A stretch of 64,000 nucleotides of DNA from an uncultured Clostridia bacterium (GCA_947623285.1 CANQGP010000004.1:74965-138964), one strand, 5' to 3'; numbered from the stretch's first letter, positions 38,663 through 48,745 are shown. Notes: generated from the letters alone by a model not told the origin. A program made the numbers and translations.

Positions 38663-39787
38663 TTGCAACAATTTATATTAAATTTTTATAAACTATTATT
38701 AAATTTTGGAGATGGTTTTTTGTATTTATCTAGAGTTGTTAATATTCGTAAATATATACACAAATTTTTCTTTCCTGTTATCTTTTCAATTTTTACTTTT
38801 TGTTTATTAGTTTTTTCTAAAGCAAATTTACCTGCTATTAAAAATAGTCTTGTTTTATGGGTTAATTCAGTTGTTCCATCATTATTTCCTTTTTTTGTAG
38901 CAACTGAATTATTAATGCATACAAATATAATTTATTATTCAGGAATACTTTTTAAAAATATAATGAAACCTCTTTTTAATGTTAAAGGTGAATGTTCCTT
39001 TGCTTTTATTATGGGAATTTTAAGTGGATATCCAATTGGCGCAAAACTTGCTTGTGAATTTAGAAATAAAAATATTTGCTCTAAAGTTGAATGTGAACGA
39101 TTACTTAGTTTTACAAATAATTCTGGTCCTTTATTTATTATTGGCTCTGTTGGAATTTCTATGTTTGGTAATGTAACAATTGGAATATTACTTTTCATAA
39201 CACATTTGTTAGCTTCTATTACTGTTGGACATTTGTTTAGATTTTGGGGCAATGCCTCTAATAAATATTATATTGAACATAAAAATAATTCTCAGTTAGA
39301 ACATAGTATCAAAATGCCTGTAAATCTTTCTAATTTAGGAGAAGTTTTGGCTGAAAGCATTTCTTCTGCCACCTCTACAATTTTTATGATTGGTGGATTT
39401 ATTGTTATTTTTGCATGTATAATTTCAATACTAAAAACATGTGGTATTTTTTCTACATTGACTATTGTTATATCTCCTATTTTTGACTTTTTGCATATTA
39501 ATACTGCCTTTATTACTCCATTACTTACAGGATTTTTTGAGATTACTAGCGGAATTTCTGCTATTTCTAATATCGCTATAAAAGAAATTTCTATTAATGT
39601 AATTTTTTCTGCTTTTTTACTTGGTACTGGTGGAATTTCTATTTTACTACAAGTTTGGAGTATCGTATCTAAAACCGATTTATCAATTAAACCTTATATT
39701 ATTGGAAAACTTTTACAAGGTTTATTTGCTGCCATTTATACTTATTCATTTATTAGTATTTTCCCAGTTTTTAATTTTAATTTATAA
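38663..39787 (+). CDS. ylbJ: Sporulation integral membrane protein YlbJ (nucleoside-recognition/Gate domain)
   Basis: A multi-TM protein with a YlbJ-like pattern (GILSGYPIGAKL, FTNNSGPLFIIG). The likely true start is the TTG at 38720, 7 nt after GGAGA. Confidence 0.75.
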   Translation: MQQFILNFYKLLLNFGDGFLYLSRVVNIRKYIHKFFFPVIFSIFTFCLLVFSKANLPAIKNSLVLWVNSVVPSLFPFFVATELLMHTNIIYYSGILFKNIMKPLFNVKGECSFAFIMGILSGYPIGAKLACEFRNKNICSKVECERLLSFTNNSGPLFIIGSVGISMFGNVTIGILLFITHLLASITVGHLFRFWGNASNKYYIEHKNNSQLEHSIKMPVNLSNLGEVLAESISSATSTIFMIGGFIVIFACIISILKTCGIFSTLTIVISPIFDFLHINTAFITPLLTGFFEITSGISAISNIAIKEISINVIFSAFLLGTGGISILLQVWSIVSKTDLSIKPYIIGKLLQGLFAAIYTYSFISIFPVFNFNL

Positions 39788-39868
39788 GGATTATTTACAT
39801 AAAATTGACTTTTTCCCTAATCTGTAGTAAAATGTATACAAATAATTTTTTATGGGGGTATCACTGAA

Positions 39869-40165
39869 ATGAACATTTCAAAGTTAATGATCTTCTCTAG
39901 TGTCTTTATGGCATTATTGATTTATGGAGGAAAGCCCTATGTGCCATTATCTTTGCGGTGTTGCATACTTGCATTAATGTGTGTTGTAGCAATCATTATT
40001 TGCGAAATTGCTAATGATATTGTCCAACCAACAAATACTTCCCAAGATAATGTTGTTGATAGTATTTTAATGTGGATAATCTTAATAGCTGGATTCATAT
40101 TCTTTTGTTTTGTAGCAGTCTGGCTTGGATGGTTTCTTGTAAATCTTGTCCCATTTTTGAACTAA
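39869..40165 (+). CDS. Small membrane protein (3 TM segments)
   Basis: 98-aa hydrophobic ORF with GGGGGT upstream and a terminator directly downstream. Confidence 0.4.
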   Translation: MNISKLMIFSSVFMALLIYGGKPYVPLSLRCCILALMCVVAIIICEIANDIVQPTNTSQDNVVDSILMWIILIAGFIFFCFVAVWLGWFLVNLVPFLN

Positions 40166-40170
40166 ACAAC

Positions 40171-40199
40171 AAGGAGATTTCTGCTAGAAATCTCCTTTT
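40171..40199. terminator. Bidirectional terminator between convergent genes
   Basis: A 10-bp stem (aaggagattt / aaatctcctt) with a 7-nt loop, followed by a T-run. Confidence 0.7.
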
Positions 40200-40491
40200 A
40201 TCTTGGTCTGGAATTATTTGAATTATTATTTCCATTATTGCCATTATTACACATTTTTTCATATTCTTTGCATTTCATTTTATAATCCATTTGCATACAT
40301 AAAAATCGATAATATGTATATGCCTGTTCATATTGCATAATAGGATTAAAATTAGTTGGGTCAGAATACATATTTCCAAAATCTTCATTAGATATTTGAC
40401 TAGCACCATAGTTCATATATGGTGAATATGAATTAAATTCTTTTTCCATAAATCCTCCCTCCAATTTTATATTTATTAAAATTAATAACAA
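40198..40491 (-). CDS. Small Tyr/Met/Asn-rich protein (possible spore-associated), function unknown
   Basis: The likely true start is the ATG at 40449 (MEKEFN...), after GGAGGGAGG. The C-terminus is NNGNNGNNNSNNSRPR. Confidence 0.45.
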   Translation of the reverse strand: MLLILINIKLEGGFMEKEFNSYSPYMNYGASQISNEDFGNMYSDPTNFNPIMQYEQAYTYYRFLCMQMDYKMKCKEYEKMCNNGNNGNNNSNNSRPR

Positions 40492-40560
40492 ATATCTCTT
40501 CTATAAAATAATATTATTAAAATAAAAATTTATGACAAATTTAATAACCTAAGTTCCAGC

Positions 40561-40589
40561 TTGACATAAAGTTGTAAAGGGTGTATAAT
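40561..40589 (+). promoter_or_regulatory. Consensus sigma-A promoter
   Basis: TTGACA, a 17-nt spacer ending in TG, then TATAAT. This is a perfect -35 and -10, but the TG is one position off the TGn extended -10 register. Confidence 0.7.
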
Positions 40590-40677
40590 TTATATATTAA
40601 TATTTTAATAAAAGTTGTTTTTGTAATTATAAAAGTTTAATTAAACTTAGTTTTTAAAATTATGAAAGGATTTTTTA

Positions 40678-41058
40678 ATGAACGTTAATTTTTACGAATT
40701 GGATCAGGCATACATATTCTGTTTTAATGTGGTTATGAGCCTTGTTTCATTTGATGATCCTACAAAATTTTACTCTAGCGAAATGCAGGACAAATATAAA
40801 GAATTATTTAATGCTTTAAAAAAAGCTGGTGACATACCTGATGATAAGGAATTTCATCCTTTGGAATTAACAACTGATTTATTACATGGAATAATTAAAG
40901 AATTAATTAAGTCAATTCCTGATAGTATTCCAAATAAAACAGAATATTTAGAAAAATTAAATGGCCTTTTAGAAAACAAATTAACTGTTCATGAAGTTAT
41001 AGAATTCTTTTCAAAAGAAAGAATTCGTATTGATAACCAAATTTATTATAACGGATAA
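40678..41058 (+). CDS. Hypothetical helical protein (126 aa)
   Basis: ORF with SD AAAGGA, the consensus promoter upstream and a strong terminator downstream. No motif recognised. Confidence 0.5.
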   Translation: MNVNFYELDQAYIFCFNVVMSLVSFDDPTKFYSSEMQDKYKELFNALKKAGDIPDDKEFHPLELTTDLLHGIIKELIKSIPDSIPNKTEYLEKLNGLLENKLTVHEVIEFFSKERIRIDNQIYYNG

Positions 41059-41068
41059 ATCCTCTGTT

Positions 41069-41099
41069 GAAGCACTTAGATTCAAAGTGCTTCTTTTTT
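41069..41099 (+). terminator. Intrinsic terminator
   Basis: A 9-bp stem (gaagcactt / aagtgcttc) with a 7-nt loop, followed by T6. Confidence 0.8.
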
Positions 41100-41175
41100 A
41101 TTCCTCTTTTCTTTATTTGTTTTTTATGTTAAAATATATAAAGTTTATTTAATAGATTTTATAAGGAGTTTTTAT

Positions 41176-42942
41176 ATGGCATTTGATGGAATTGTATGTA
41201 AAGCTATAGCTTCTGAATTAAATATGCTTTCAGGAGCAAGAATGGATAAAGTTTTTCAACCTAGCAAAAATAATATTGTTTTAGGTTTTTATTCAGATGG
41301 AAAAAATTATGCTCTTAACTGCTCTATTGATCCTGGCTACTATAGATTAAACCTTACTACTAATAGTAAACCCAACCCTAAAGTTGCTCCCAATTTTTGC
41401 ATGGTTTTGCGTAAACATATAATTGGTCTACGTTTAAAAAGTGTATATACTTTGGATTTGGAAAGAGTTATTTTTATTGAGTTTGAAGGGTTTAATGATA
41501 TTGATGAAATAATTAATTTAAAGTTGGTTATAGAGTTAATGGGACGTCATAGCAATATTATTTTATTAGATGATAACAATGTTATTATTGATAGTTTGCG
41601 TCATATCAAAGAAATTGACAATACTTATCGTAATATTTTGCCACATTATAAATATCAATTTCCTACTACTAATAAAATTAATTTTTATGATATTAATTCT
41701 TCTGATGAATTTGAAAATCATTTAAATTGTGAGATTAATAATGATACTGATTTAGCAAATTTTATTGCTAAAACGTTTAATGGTATTAGTAATTCTTTTA
41801 TAGTTGAAGCTTTAAATAATATAAAAAAAGATAATTCTTCATATGCACAAACTACTTCATCACATACTGCAAAAACTTCATTCCATAAAGACATTTATAA
41901 TTATATTTCAAATACAGTTAACAATATTGATAATTTAAAATTTAAACTTTTATCTTCAGGAAAAGACTACACTGTTGAAATTGTAGAAAATAAGAAACCA
42001 TTTGAATTGAATTTTGCTATTGATGATTTTTATACTGTAAAAGAAAATAATTCGAATTTTAAAATATATAGAGATAGTGTTTTAAAATTGATTCTTTCAA
42101 CTTTAAAAAAATATAATAAACGTTTATATAATATTGATGCAAAGCTTAAACAATGTGAAAATATGGATGTTTATAAATTGTATGGTGAGCTTATTACTGC
42201 AAATTTATATAAAATTCCAGAAGTTAATACAGAACATATAGAATTAGAAAATTATTATGATAATAATAATTTAATTAGAATTCCTTTGGATAAAAAATAT
42301 TCTCCAAATGAAAATGCCAAAAGATATTTTAAAAAATATAACAAATTGAAAAATGCTTTAGAAATAGTTTCTATTCAAAAAAAGGAGACTATTCAAGAAT
42401 TAAAATATATTGAAAGTGTTGTTTATGAACTAGAAAGTGCTACAACAGTAGAAGAAATTGATACTATTTATGATGAAATTACAGAAAATTCTATTTTTAA
42501 AATGTCTACCTCAAAATCAACTAAAAAAATGAAAGTTAAAAAATCTAGATTTACTAAAAATAAAACAGTTAAATTTAATCCAATTAAATATATTGTTGAT
42601 AACCATACCATTTTAGTTGGAAGAAATAATAAAGAAAATGATTACTTAACTTTAAAATTTTCAAAAAAATCAGATTATTGGTTTCATACAAAAGATATTC
42701 ATGGTAGTCATGTTATTTTAAAAGTTGAAGCTAATGAAAAAATTTCAGATGATTTGCTAATTAAATGTTCTGAAATTGCTGCTTTTCATAGTAAAGCTAA
42801 AAATTCTTCTAATGTCCCTGTTGATTATTGCTTAGTTAAATTCGTAAAAAAACCTAATGGTTCAAAACCAGGAATGGTCATTTATACAAATAATAAAACT
42901 CTAAATGTTCAACCTAAAAACAAGAAGACTCTGATTTATTAA
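41176..42942 (+). CDS. rqcH: NFACT-family ribosome quality-control protein (RqcH/FbpA-like)
   Basis: NFACT-N start MAFDGIVCKAIASELN, a central coiled coil, and the NFACT-R/DUF814 motif GRNNKENDYLTLKFSKKSDYWFHTKDIHGSHVILK. Confidence 0.85.
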   Translation: MAFDGIVCKAIASELNMLSGARMDKVFQPSKNNIVLGFYSDGKNYALNCSIDPGYYRLNLTTNSKPNPKVAPNFCMVLRKHIIGLRLKSVYTLDLERVIFIEFEGFNDIDEIINLKLVIELMGRHSNIILLDDNNVIIDSLRHIKEIDNTYRNILPHYKYQFPTTNKINFYDINSSDEFENHLNCEINNDTDLANFIAKTFNGISNSFIVEALNNIKKDNSSYAQTTSSHTAKTSFHKDIYNYISNTVNNIDNLKFKLLSSGKDYTVEIVENKKPFELNFAIDDFYTVKENNSNFKIYRDSVLKLILSTLKKYNKRLYNIDAKLKQCENMDVYKLYGELITANLYKIPEVNTEHIELENYYDNNNLIRIPLDKKYSPNENAKRYFKKYNKLKNALEIVSIQKKETIQELKYIESVVYELESATTVEEIDTIYDEITENSIFKMSTSKSTKKMKVKKSRFTKNKTVKFNPIKYIVDNHTILVGRNNKENDYLTLKFSKKSDYWFHTKDIHGSHVILKVEANEKISDDLLIKCSEIAAFHSKAKNSSNVPVDYCLVKFVKKPNGSKPGMVIYTNNKTLNVQPKNKKTLIY

Positions 42943-42955
42943 AAATCAGAGTCTT
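42925..42955 (+). terminator. Hairpin spanning the rqcH stop codon
   Basis: A 13-bp perfect stem (aagactctgattt / aaatcagagtctt) with the stop codon in the loop. The T-run is weak. Confidence 0.5.
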
Positions 42956-42985
42956 TATTATCAAAGATAAGAAATTTTTCAATGT

Positions 42986-43459
42986 TTACCAAATCATTAA
43001 TATTATTAATACTCCCCAGAATAATTCTGCTGTTGTTAAATCTTTTGGTAATAGATTTATTTCTAATCCTTCTTCTGGACCTTTTTCATCTGCTATTGAT
43101 AATTTATAACTTTTTATACCTCGTACTTTAAAATAAAGTTCTAATGGTTTTGTTCCATCTGTTGAAAGTTCTCCTATTGATATATATCTTATTCCTATTT
43201 CATTGTCATGATCTGAAAACAATTCTAGTTTAACATATTTATTTGATAAATTGTTCTGCTCAGAATTTGTTATAATTCCCTTTATTCTACCATTTATCAA
43301 AGTAGCTTCTGCTTGTATTATCTGTATTTGTTCGGTATTATCTAATCTTTCTATTGGTTTATATGTTGAATTTATTCCTACTTTTATTAGCAAATCAGAC
43401 AAAAGCCAAAATCCTAATATTATTAGACCATATATTAAAAAGGTTTTTAATCTTTTCAT
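42986..43459 (-). CDS. Hypothetical protein with N- and C-terminal TM anchors
   Basis: 157-aa ORF with no obvious SD adjacent to its ATG. A hairpin lies upstream at 43470-43491. Confidence 0.4.
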   Translation of the reverse strand: MKRLKTFLIYGLIILGFWLLSDLLIKVGINSTYKPIERLDNTEQIQIIQAEATLINGRIKGIITNSEQNNLSNKYVKLELFSDHDNEIGIRYISIGELSTDGTKPLELYFKVRGIKSYKLSIADEKGPEEGLEINLLPKDLTTAELFWGVLIILMIW

Positions 43460-43537
43460 AATTCATTTTGTATAGTTAGGTTCAACTATACACTCCTTTC
43501 ATTTCTTCCTATATTAACTATTATATCAAAGAAATGC

Positions 43538-46500
43538 TTATTTTTCAATAGATACTTCAATTTCTCCTAACCATGTAGAATATATATAGCATTTTTTTAC
43601 TTCTGTTTTTAATGCATCTTCAAGTGCTCTTTTATATAATTCTAATTGTTTTTTATATCTTTCTACTAATTTCTGTTCTTCTCCTTTTTCTGCATAGTCT
43701 GTTTTGTAATCTACTAATACATACTCTCCATATTTGTTTTTATAATATAAATCTATTATTCCTTGTACTAATATTTTTTCTTCTGTTTCTTCTTTATATA
43801 TTTCTTTTGCTGGTATATTAATATAAAAAGGTTTTTCTTGTTGTATTTTTTCTGCTTCTGTCAACTCTTTCCATATGTTTGACTTCGTAAATTGCAATAT
43901 TGCTATTGGGTTTATTGCTTCTGCTTCTTTAGTTGATATTATTTGTTTATCTACTAACTCATTAATTAATTTCTTTATTTCATTCATGTCATATTGTTTT
44001 TTAGGATTTAGTTTTTGCATACATAAATGTATTAATGTCCCTTTTTGTGCACCTGTAAGTTTTTCTTCTCCTTGTGTTTTTATAAACTCTGGTTTTGAAA
44101 AAGTTATTTCTTTTGTTTGACTTCCTTCATGCTGCCCTTTTATAAGCTCTGGCTCCGAAAAAGCTACCTCCTTTGTTTTGCTTACTTCATGCATTAATTC
44201 TTCTAAATCTTGCAATTGTTCTAATTCCATTTGCTTAATTTTTGTTACAGATGTTTTTGTAGGAATCCTTGTCGCTAATTCATATTTGTACTTAAATTGT
44301 CCTTTTCCATTACTTTGATTTATTTGGCTCGCATCTTTATTTATTTGCTCCTGTGTTTCATCAGCTTTTGGGTTTGCTTGCTCTTGCGCTTCATCAACTT
44401 TTTGATTTGCTTGCCCCTGCGTTTCGCTATCAAAAGTATTTTGACTTGATGACAGTTGCATGCATTTCTTTATTACATCTTTTTTATCTATTATATTTAT
44501 ATCTATCTCATCTTCAATTTTATTCTCATTGTATTTGCATACCAGCAATATCCAATCTAAAAATGTTTTATATTGCTTTATTAATATTGGATTTATTTTT
44601 TCAAATGTTTTTGGATATAAGTTTATTTGTTGTTCCATTTTTTCATTTTTCTTAGGATAATCTTTTTTTATTCCTGTTATTATAATTTTTTCTTTTGCTC
44701 GCGTTAATGCAACATACAATACTCTCATTTCTTCAGACAAATTTTCATTTAGCATTTTTTCTTTTATTGCTGCTTTTGTTAAAGTGTCATATTCTAATTG
44801 ACCTTCGTAGTCTATATATTTAACGCCTATTCCCATTTCTTGATGTAATAATATATTTTTATTTAAATCCATTAAATTAAATTGTTTTCCTGTACTTGAT
44901 AAAAATACTACAGGGAATTCTAACCCTTTACTTTTGTGTATACTCATTATTCTAATTACATTGTCATTTTCACCTATTATCTTTGCAGAATTCAAATCGC
45001 CATTATTTATTCGTAATTTATCTACAAATTTAATAAAATTGTATAGTCCTTTAAAACTTGCTGTTTCATATTGTTTTGCTTTTTCAAATAATAATTTTAA
45101 ATTGGCTTGCCTTAATTCTCCATTTGGCATTTTTCCTACATAATTATAAAAGTCTGTATCTGAATATATTTTCCATATCAATTCATCTAATGCTAGATAT
45201 TCTTGCTCCTTTCTCCACATATCCAGATTGTCCATAAAACGCTTTATTTTTTCTCTTAATTTTTCATCTACCTGCACTCGTGCTTTTTGCAAACATGTAT
45301 AAAAGTTCGAATACTTATCACATAAGCGTATATCTACCAAGTCATTGTCTGTAAAACCACCTATGTTTGAACGCAACACTGTTATTAAAGGTATGTCATT
45401 TACTGGATTGTCTATTATTCGTAATAACGCCATCATTGTTTCTATTTCGATTGAATCTAAATATTGACTAGAAGAATCTGAAAACACTGGCATCTGCAAT
45501 TTTAATATTTCTTGCTCATATATTGGTGCTGTTGTCGCTGTTGAACGCAAAAGTATTACTATGTCTTTATATGTAATGTTTCTAAACTCTTGTTTTTTGC
45601 TGTCATAAACTTTAAATTTAGAATCTATCATTTCTTTTATTTTACTTGCTACAAATCTTGCCTCTAATTCTATATCTTCTATATGCTCTTCATCATCTGT
45701 ATATTCACTATTTTTTGTATTTCCTGCATGTTCAAACTCTCCAATGCTTTTTACATTCTTAAACTCTCCAATATTTTTTATGTTTTCTGAATTCTCAAAT
45801 TCACTGATGCTTTTTCCATCCTCTGCATTCTCAAATTCTTCAATATCTTTTTCACTTTCTTCTTTTTCTATTGATATAATATTTATCTCTGTTTTTAAAT
45901 TTTGTTTTGCATCTTCATAGCTTGCGCCTAAATTTAAAAATTCTTCTTCATTATATTCTATATCTCCTAATAAATTACTCATTATGTTTTCAAATACTAG
46001 GTTAGTGAAATCTAATACATTGCCTCTGCTTCTAAAGTTTTTGAAAAGTTGGATTTTCAAATCGCCGGCTTGAGGATTTTCTTTTTCTTGCAAATTTTCT
46101 TGCTCTATTTTCTCTGATTGCAAATTTGCTTGTTCTTCTTGCCTTATTTGCTCATTTTGGGCTTTTTGTCCTGGTTGCAAATTTACTCTCCCTGCTTGCC
46201 CTTCATGCTCTATCTTTTTCGATGCATAACTTTCATATTTGCTTAAAAATAATTCTGGCATTGCTTGTCTAAATTTATAAATACTTTGTTTTACATCTCC
46301 CACCATGAACATGTTATTTCCTCTAGATACTGATGTTAATATGTATTCCTGTACTAAATTGCTGTCTTGATATTCGTCTATTGCTATTTCTTCAAATTTG
46401 TTCATGTATTTTTTTGCTATTTCGCTTTGCTCTATTTTTCCATCTTGTTGTTTTAATAATATTTGTAAGGCAAAGTGCTCTATGTCACTAAAGTCTAATA

Positions 46501-47572
46501 TGTTTTTTTCTCTTTTGGCTTTAGCAAATTCTTCTCCAAATTCTAGTATTAGATTTTTTAACTTTGTCAATATCTCATACATTTCAAATATGTCTGTGTT
46601 TACCTCTTTTGAGCTGGCTATTAATATTTTTGACAACTGTGCATTTTTGCCTACATAATGACTTTTTACATTGTCGCGAATTGCCTTTGCTTCTTCTTTT
46701 ATTTCTGATTGGACTTTTTTCCTTGACCATATAGCAAATGTCAAGTTGCTGTATATCTCTACTGCTTTATCCCAATTATTTATGTTTTGTTTTAATAATT
46801 GCAATTTTTCAATGTCGTCTTCTATGATTTTTTGAAATGTATCCAATTCTGCATCATATGATAGACTTTCTTCGACATCTTGCAATTTTGTTATATCTTC
46901 AATTAATGTTTCTTCTACTCTGTGTAAAAGTGTTTCTCCCCAGACCGTTTCCGAAAAGTCTTTTTCTAATTCTTTTTCTAGATTAAACATTTCTATTTTT
47001 TCATTAATCCATTTTTCTGGAAATGGATTGCTTTGTATATATGTATAAATTGTTTGTACTATTTCTTTTAATGGTGTATCATCTCTATAACTTGTGTATG
47101 TTGTTATTAATTTGGCAAAGTCTTCATTTTGACTTTCGTATTTATCTTCAAAAATTTTTTCTATTACTTCTTGTTTTAATAGTTCTATTTCTGCTGTGTC
47201 TGCTATTCTAAAGTTTGGAGATATATTGTCTAATTCATAAAAATTATTTCTTACTACATCTAAACAGAATGAATCTATTGTGCAAATACTTGACTTATTT
47301 AAAAGTGTTATTTGTCTTTGTAAATTTACATCATCTGGATTTTCTTCAAGCTTTTTATATATTGCATCTAATATTCTTTCTCTCATTTCAGATGCTGCTG
47401 CATTTGTAAATGTAACAACTAAAATTTTGTCTATGTCCATTCTTTCATTTACAATTTTATTTATTATGCGCTCGACTAAAACTGCCGTTTTTCCACTTCC
47501 GGCAGCTGCAGCAACTAATATATTATTTCCTTTTTCATATATCGCTTGTTCTTGTTCTTTTGTCCAGTTCAT
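43538..47572 (-). CDS. addA: ATP-dependent helicase/nuclease AddA with four low-complexity insertions
   Basis: UvrD-type motifs AAAGSGKT, VGDVKQSIYKFRQA and NFRSR. C-terminal PD-(D/E)xK nuclease motif GIIDLYY...VLVDYKTD. 1344 aa. Confidence 0.9.
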   Translation of the reverse strand: MNWTKEQEQAIYEKGNNILVAAAAGSGKTAVLVERIINKIVNERMDIDKILVVTFTNAAASEMRERILDAIYKKLEENPDDVNLQRQITLLNKSSICTIDSFCLDVVRNNFYELDNISPNFRIADTAEIELLKQEVIEKIFEDKYESQNEDFAKLITTYTSYRDDTPLKEIVQTIYTYIQSNPFPEKWINEKIEMFNLEKELEKDFSETVWGETLLHRVEETLIEDITKLQDVEESLSYDAELDTFQKIIEDDIEKLQLLKQNINNWDKAVEIYSNLTFAIWSRKKVQSEIKEEAKAIRDNVKSHYVGKNAQLSKILIASSKEVNTDIFEMYEILTKLKNLILEFGEEFAKAKREKNILDFSDIEHFALQILLKQQDGKIEQSEIAKKYMNKFEEIAIDEYQDSNLVQEYILTSVSRGNNMFMVGDVKQSIYKFRQAMPELFLSKYESYASKKIEHEGQAGRVNLQPGQKAQNEQIRQEEQANLQSEKIEQENLQEKENPQAGDLKIQLFKNFRSRGNVLDFTNLVFENIMSNLLGDIEYNEEEFLNLGASYEDAKQNLKTEINIISIEKEESEKDIEEFENAEDGKSISEFENSENIKNIGEFKNVKSIGEFEHAGNTKNSEYTDDEEHIEDIELEARFVASKIKEMIDSKFKVYDSKKQEFRNITYKDIVILLRSTATTAPIYEQEILKLQMPVFSDSSSQYLDSIEIETMMALLRIIDNPVNDIPLITVLRSNIGGFTDNDLVDIRLCDKYSNFYTCLQKARVQVDEKLREKIKRFMDNLDMWRKEQEYLALDELIWKIYSDTDFYNYVGKMPNGELRQANLKLLFEKAKQYETASFKGLYNFIKFVDKLRINNGDLNSAKIIGENDNVIRIMSIHKSKGLEFPVVFLSSTGKQFNLMDLNKNILLHQEMGIGVKYIDYEGQLEYDTLTKAAIKEKMLNENLSEEMRVLYVALTRAKEKIIITGIKKDYPKKNEKMEQQINLYPKTFEKINPILIKQYKTFLDWILLVCKYNENKIEDEIDINIIDKKDVIKKCMQLSSSQNTFDSETQGQANQKVDEAQEQANPKADETQEQINKDASQINQSNGKGQFKYKYELATRIPTKTSVTKIKQMELEQLQDLEELMHEVSKTKEVAFSEPELIKGQHEGSQTKEITFSKPEFIKTQGEEKLTGAQKGTLIHLCMQKLNPKKQYDMNEIKKLINELVDKQIISTKEAEAINPIAILQFTKSNIWKELTEAEKIQQEKPFYINIPAKEIYKEETEEKILVQGIIDLYYKNKYGEYVLVDYKTDYAEKGEEQKLVERYKKQLELYKRALEDALKTEVKKCYIYSTWLGEIEVSIEK

Positions 47573-47602
47573 TCAATATCCTCTTTCACTTAATAAACTC
47601 TT

Positions 47603-48745
47603 CTAGTCTCCTAAACTTATTCCAATATCTCTTGCTGTAATTACTAAATCATGATCTAATGATACTTTTCTAATATTACTTTCTGCAGTGTTTCCTGACA
47701 CTGCTCCAATTTCTGTATTGTTTCCCACTACATCTTCTAATGATGCTGAATCTAATTTGCCATTTTTTAAAACTGCTAGTGTACCAAATTTTCCTTCTAG
47801 TGCAAGCTCCATTGCTTTTACTCCATATTTTGTAGAAAGTACTCTATCAAACGCAGTTGGTGTTCCTCCTCTTTGCATATATCCAAGAGTTGTACTTCTT
47901 GCTTCTAATCCTGTTAGTTCTTGTAATTGAGTAGCTACTATTTGTCCTACTCCTCCTAGTTTTGTGTTGTCAACTCCTGTTCCATTATTTCTTGTTCCTT
48001 TTATAGTGATTTCCCCACCTTTAGGCGCTGCACCTTCTGCAACTACTACTATACTAAAATCTTTTCCTCTTTTACTTCTATTTTTAATTTTTTCTGCTAC
48101 TCTATTTATATCATATGGAATTTCTGGTATTAATGCAGCATCTGCTCCACCTGCTATTGCTGATTCTAGTGCTATCCATCCTGCATAACGTCCCATTACT
48201 TCTAATACCATTATTCTATGATGTGTTTCTCCTGTTGAGTGAAGTCTATCTATTGCTTCTGCTGCTACTGATACTGCTGTATTGTATCCAAATGTTATAT
48301 CTGTACATGCTACATCATTATCTATCGTCTTTGGGACACCTATAACATTTATTCCTTTCAAAGATAAGTCTCTTGCTGATTTTTGTGTTCCATCTCCTCC
48401 TAACGTAAATACACAATCAAATCCTGCTTCTTTTACATTTTGAACACATATATCTGATACATCTTTATATTCTACACTTCCATCTTCATTTGTTATTTTA
48501 TAGTTAAATACATTTGCATTTGTAGAAGACCCTATTATTGAACCACCTTTTGGTAATATTCCTAATGCTGGTCCATGAGCTGCTGTTGATAATAATTCGT
48601 AATCTTTTTTATATAATCCATTATAACCATCCAATATTCCATAACATTCTATTCCTTTATTTTCTGCAGTTTTTACTATTGCTCTTATTACTGCATTGAA
48701 TCCTGCTACATCTCCACCATTTGCTAATATTGCTACTTTTTTCAC
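47603..48745 (-). CDS. pfkA: 6-phosphofructokinase
   Basis: Motifs GGDVAGFNAVIRA, TLGGDGTQ, PKTIDND and MGRYAGW. GTG start after AGGAGGT. Confidence 0.9.
   Translation of the reverse strand: MKKVAILANGGDVAGFNAVIRAIVKTAENKGIECYGILDGYNGLYKKDYELLSTAAHGPALGILPKGGSIIGSSTNANVFNYKITNEDGSVEYKDVSDICVQNVKEAGFDCVFTLGGDGTQKSARDLSLKGINVIGVPKTIDNDVACTDITFGYNTAVSVAAEAIDRLHSTGETHHRIMVLEVMGRYAGWIALESAIAGGADAALIPEIPYDINRVAEKIKNRSKRGKDFSIVVVAEGAAPKGGEITIKGTRNNGTGVDNTKLGGVGQIVATQLQELTGLEARSTTLGYMQRGGTPTAFDRVLSTKYGVKAMELALEGKFGTLAVLKNGKLDSASLEDVVGNNTEIGAVSGNTAESNIRKVSLDHDLVITARDIGISLGD

Noticed and set aside
43470-43491. The 8-bp hairpin (gtatagtt / aactatac) downstream of addA as a terminator.
   Set aside because: The stem is short and has no U-run, and it lies between an SD-like AAAGGAG and the next ATG. 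It is too weak to call as a terminator or a regulatory element.
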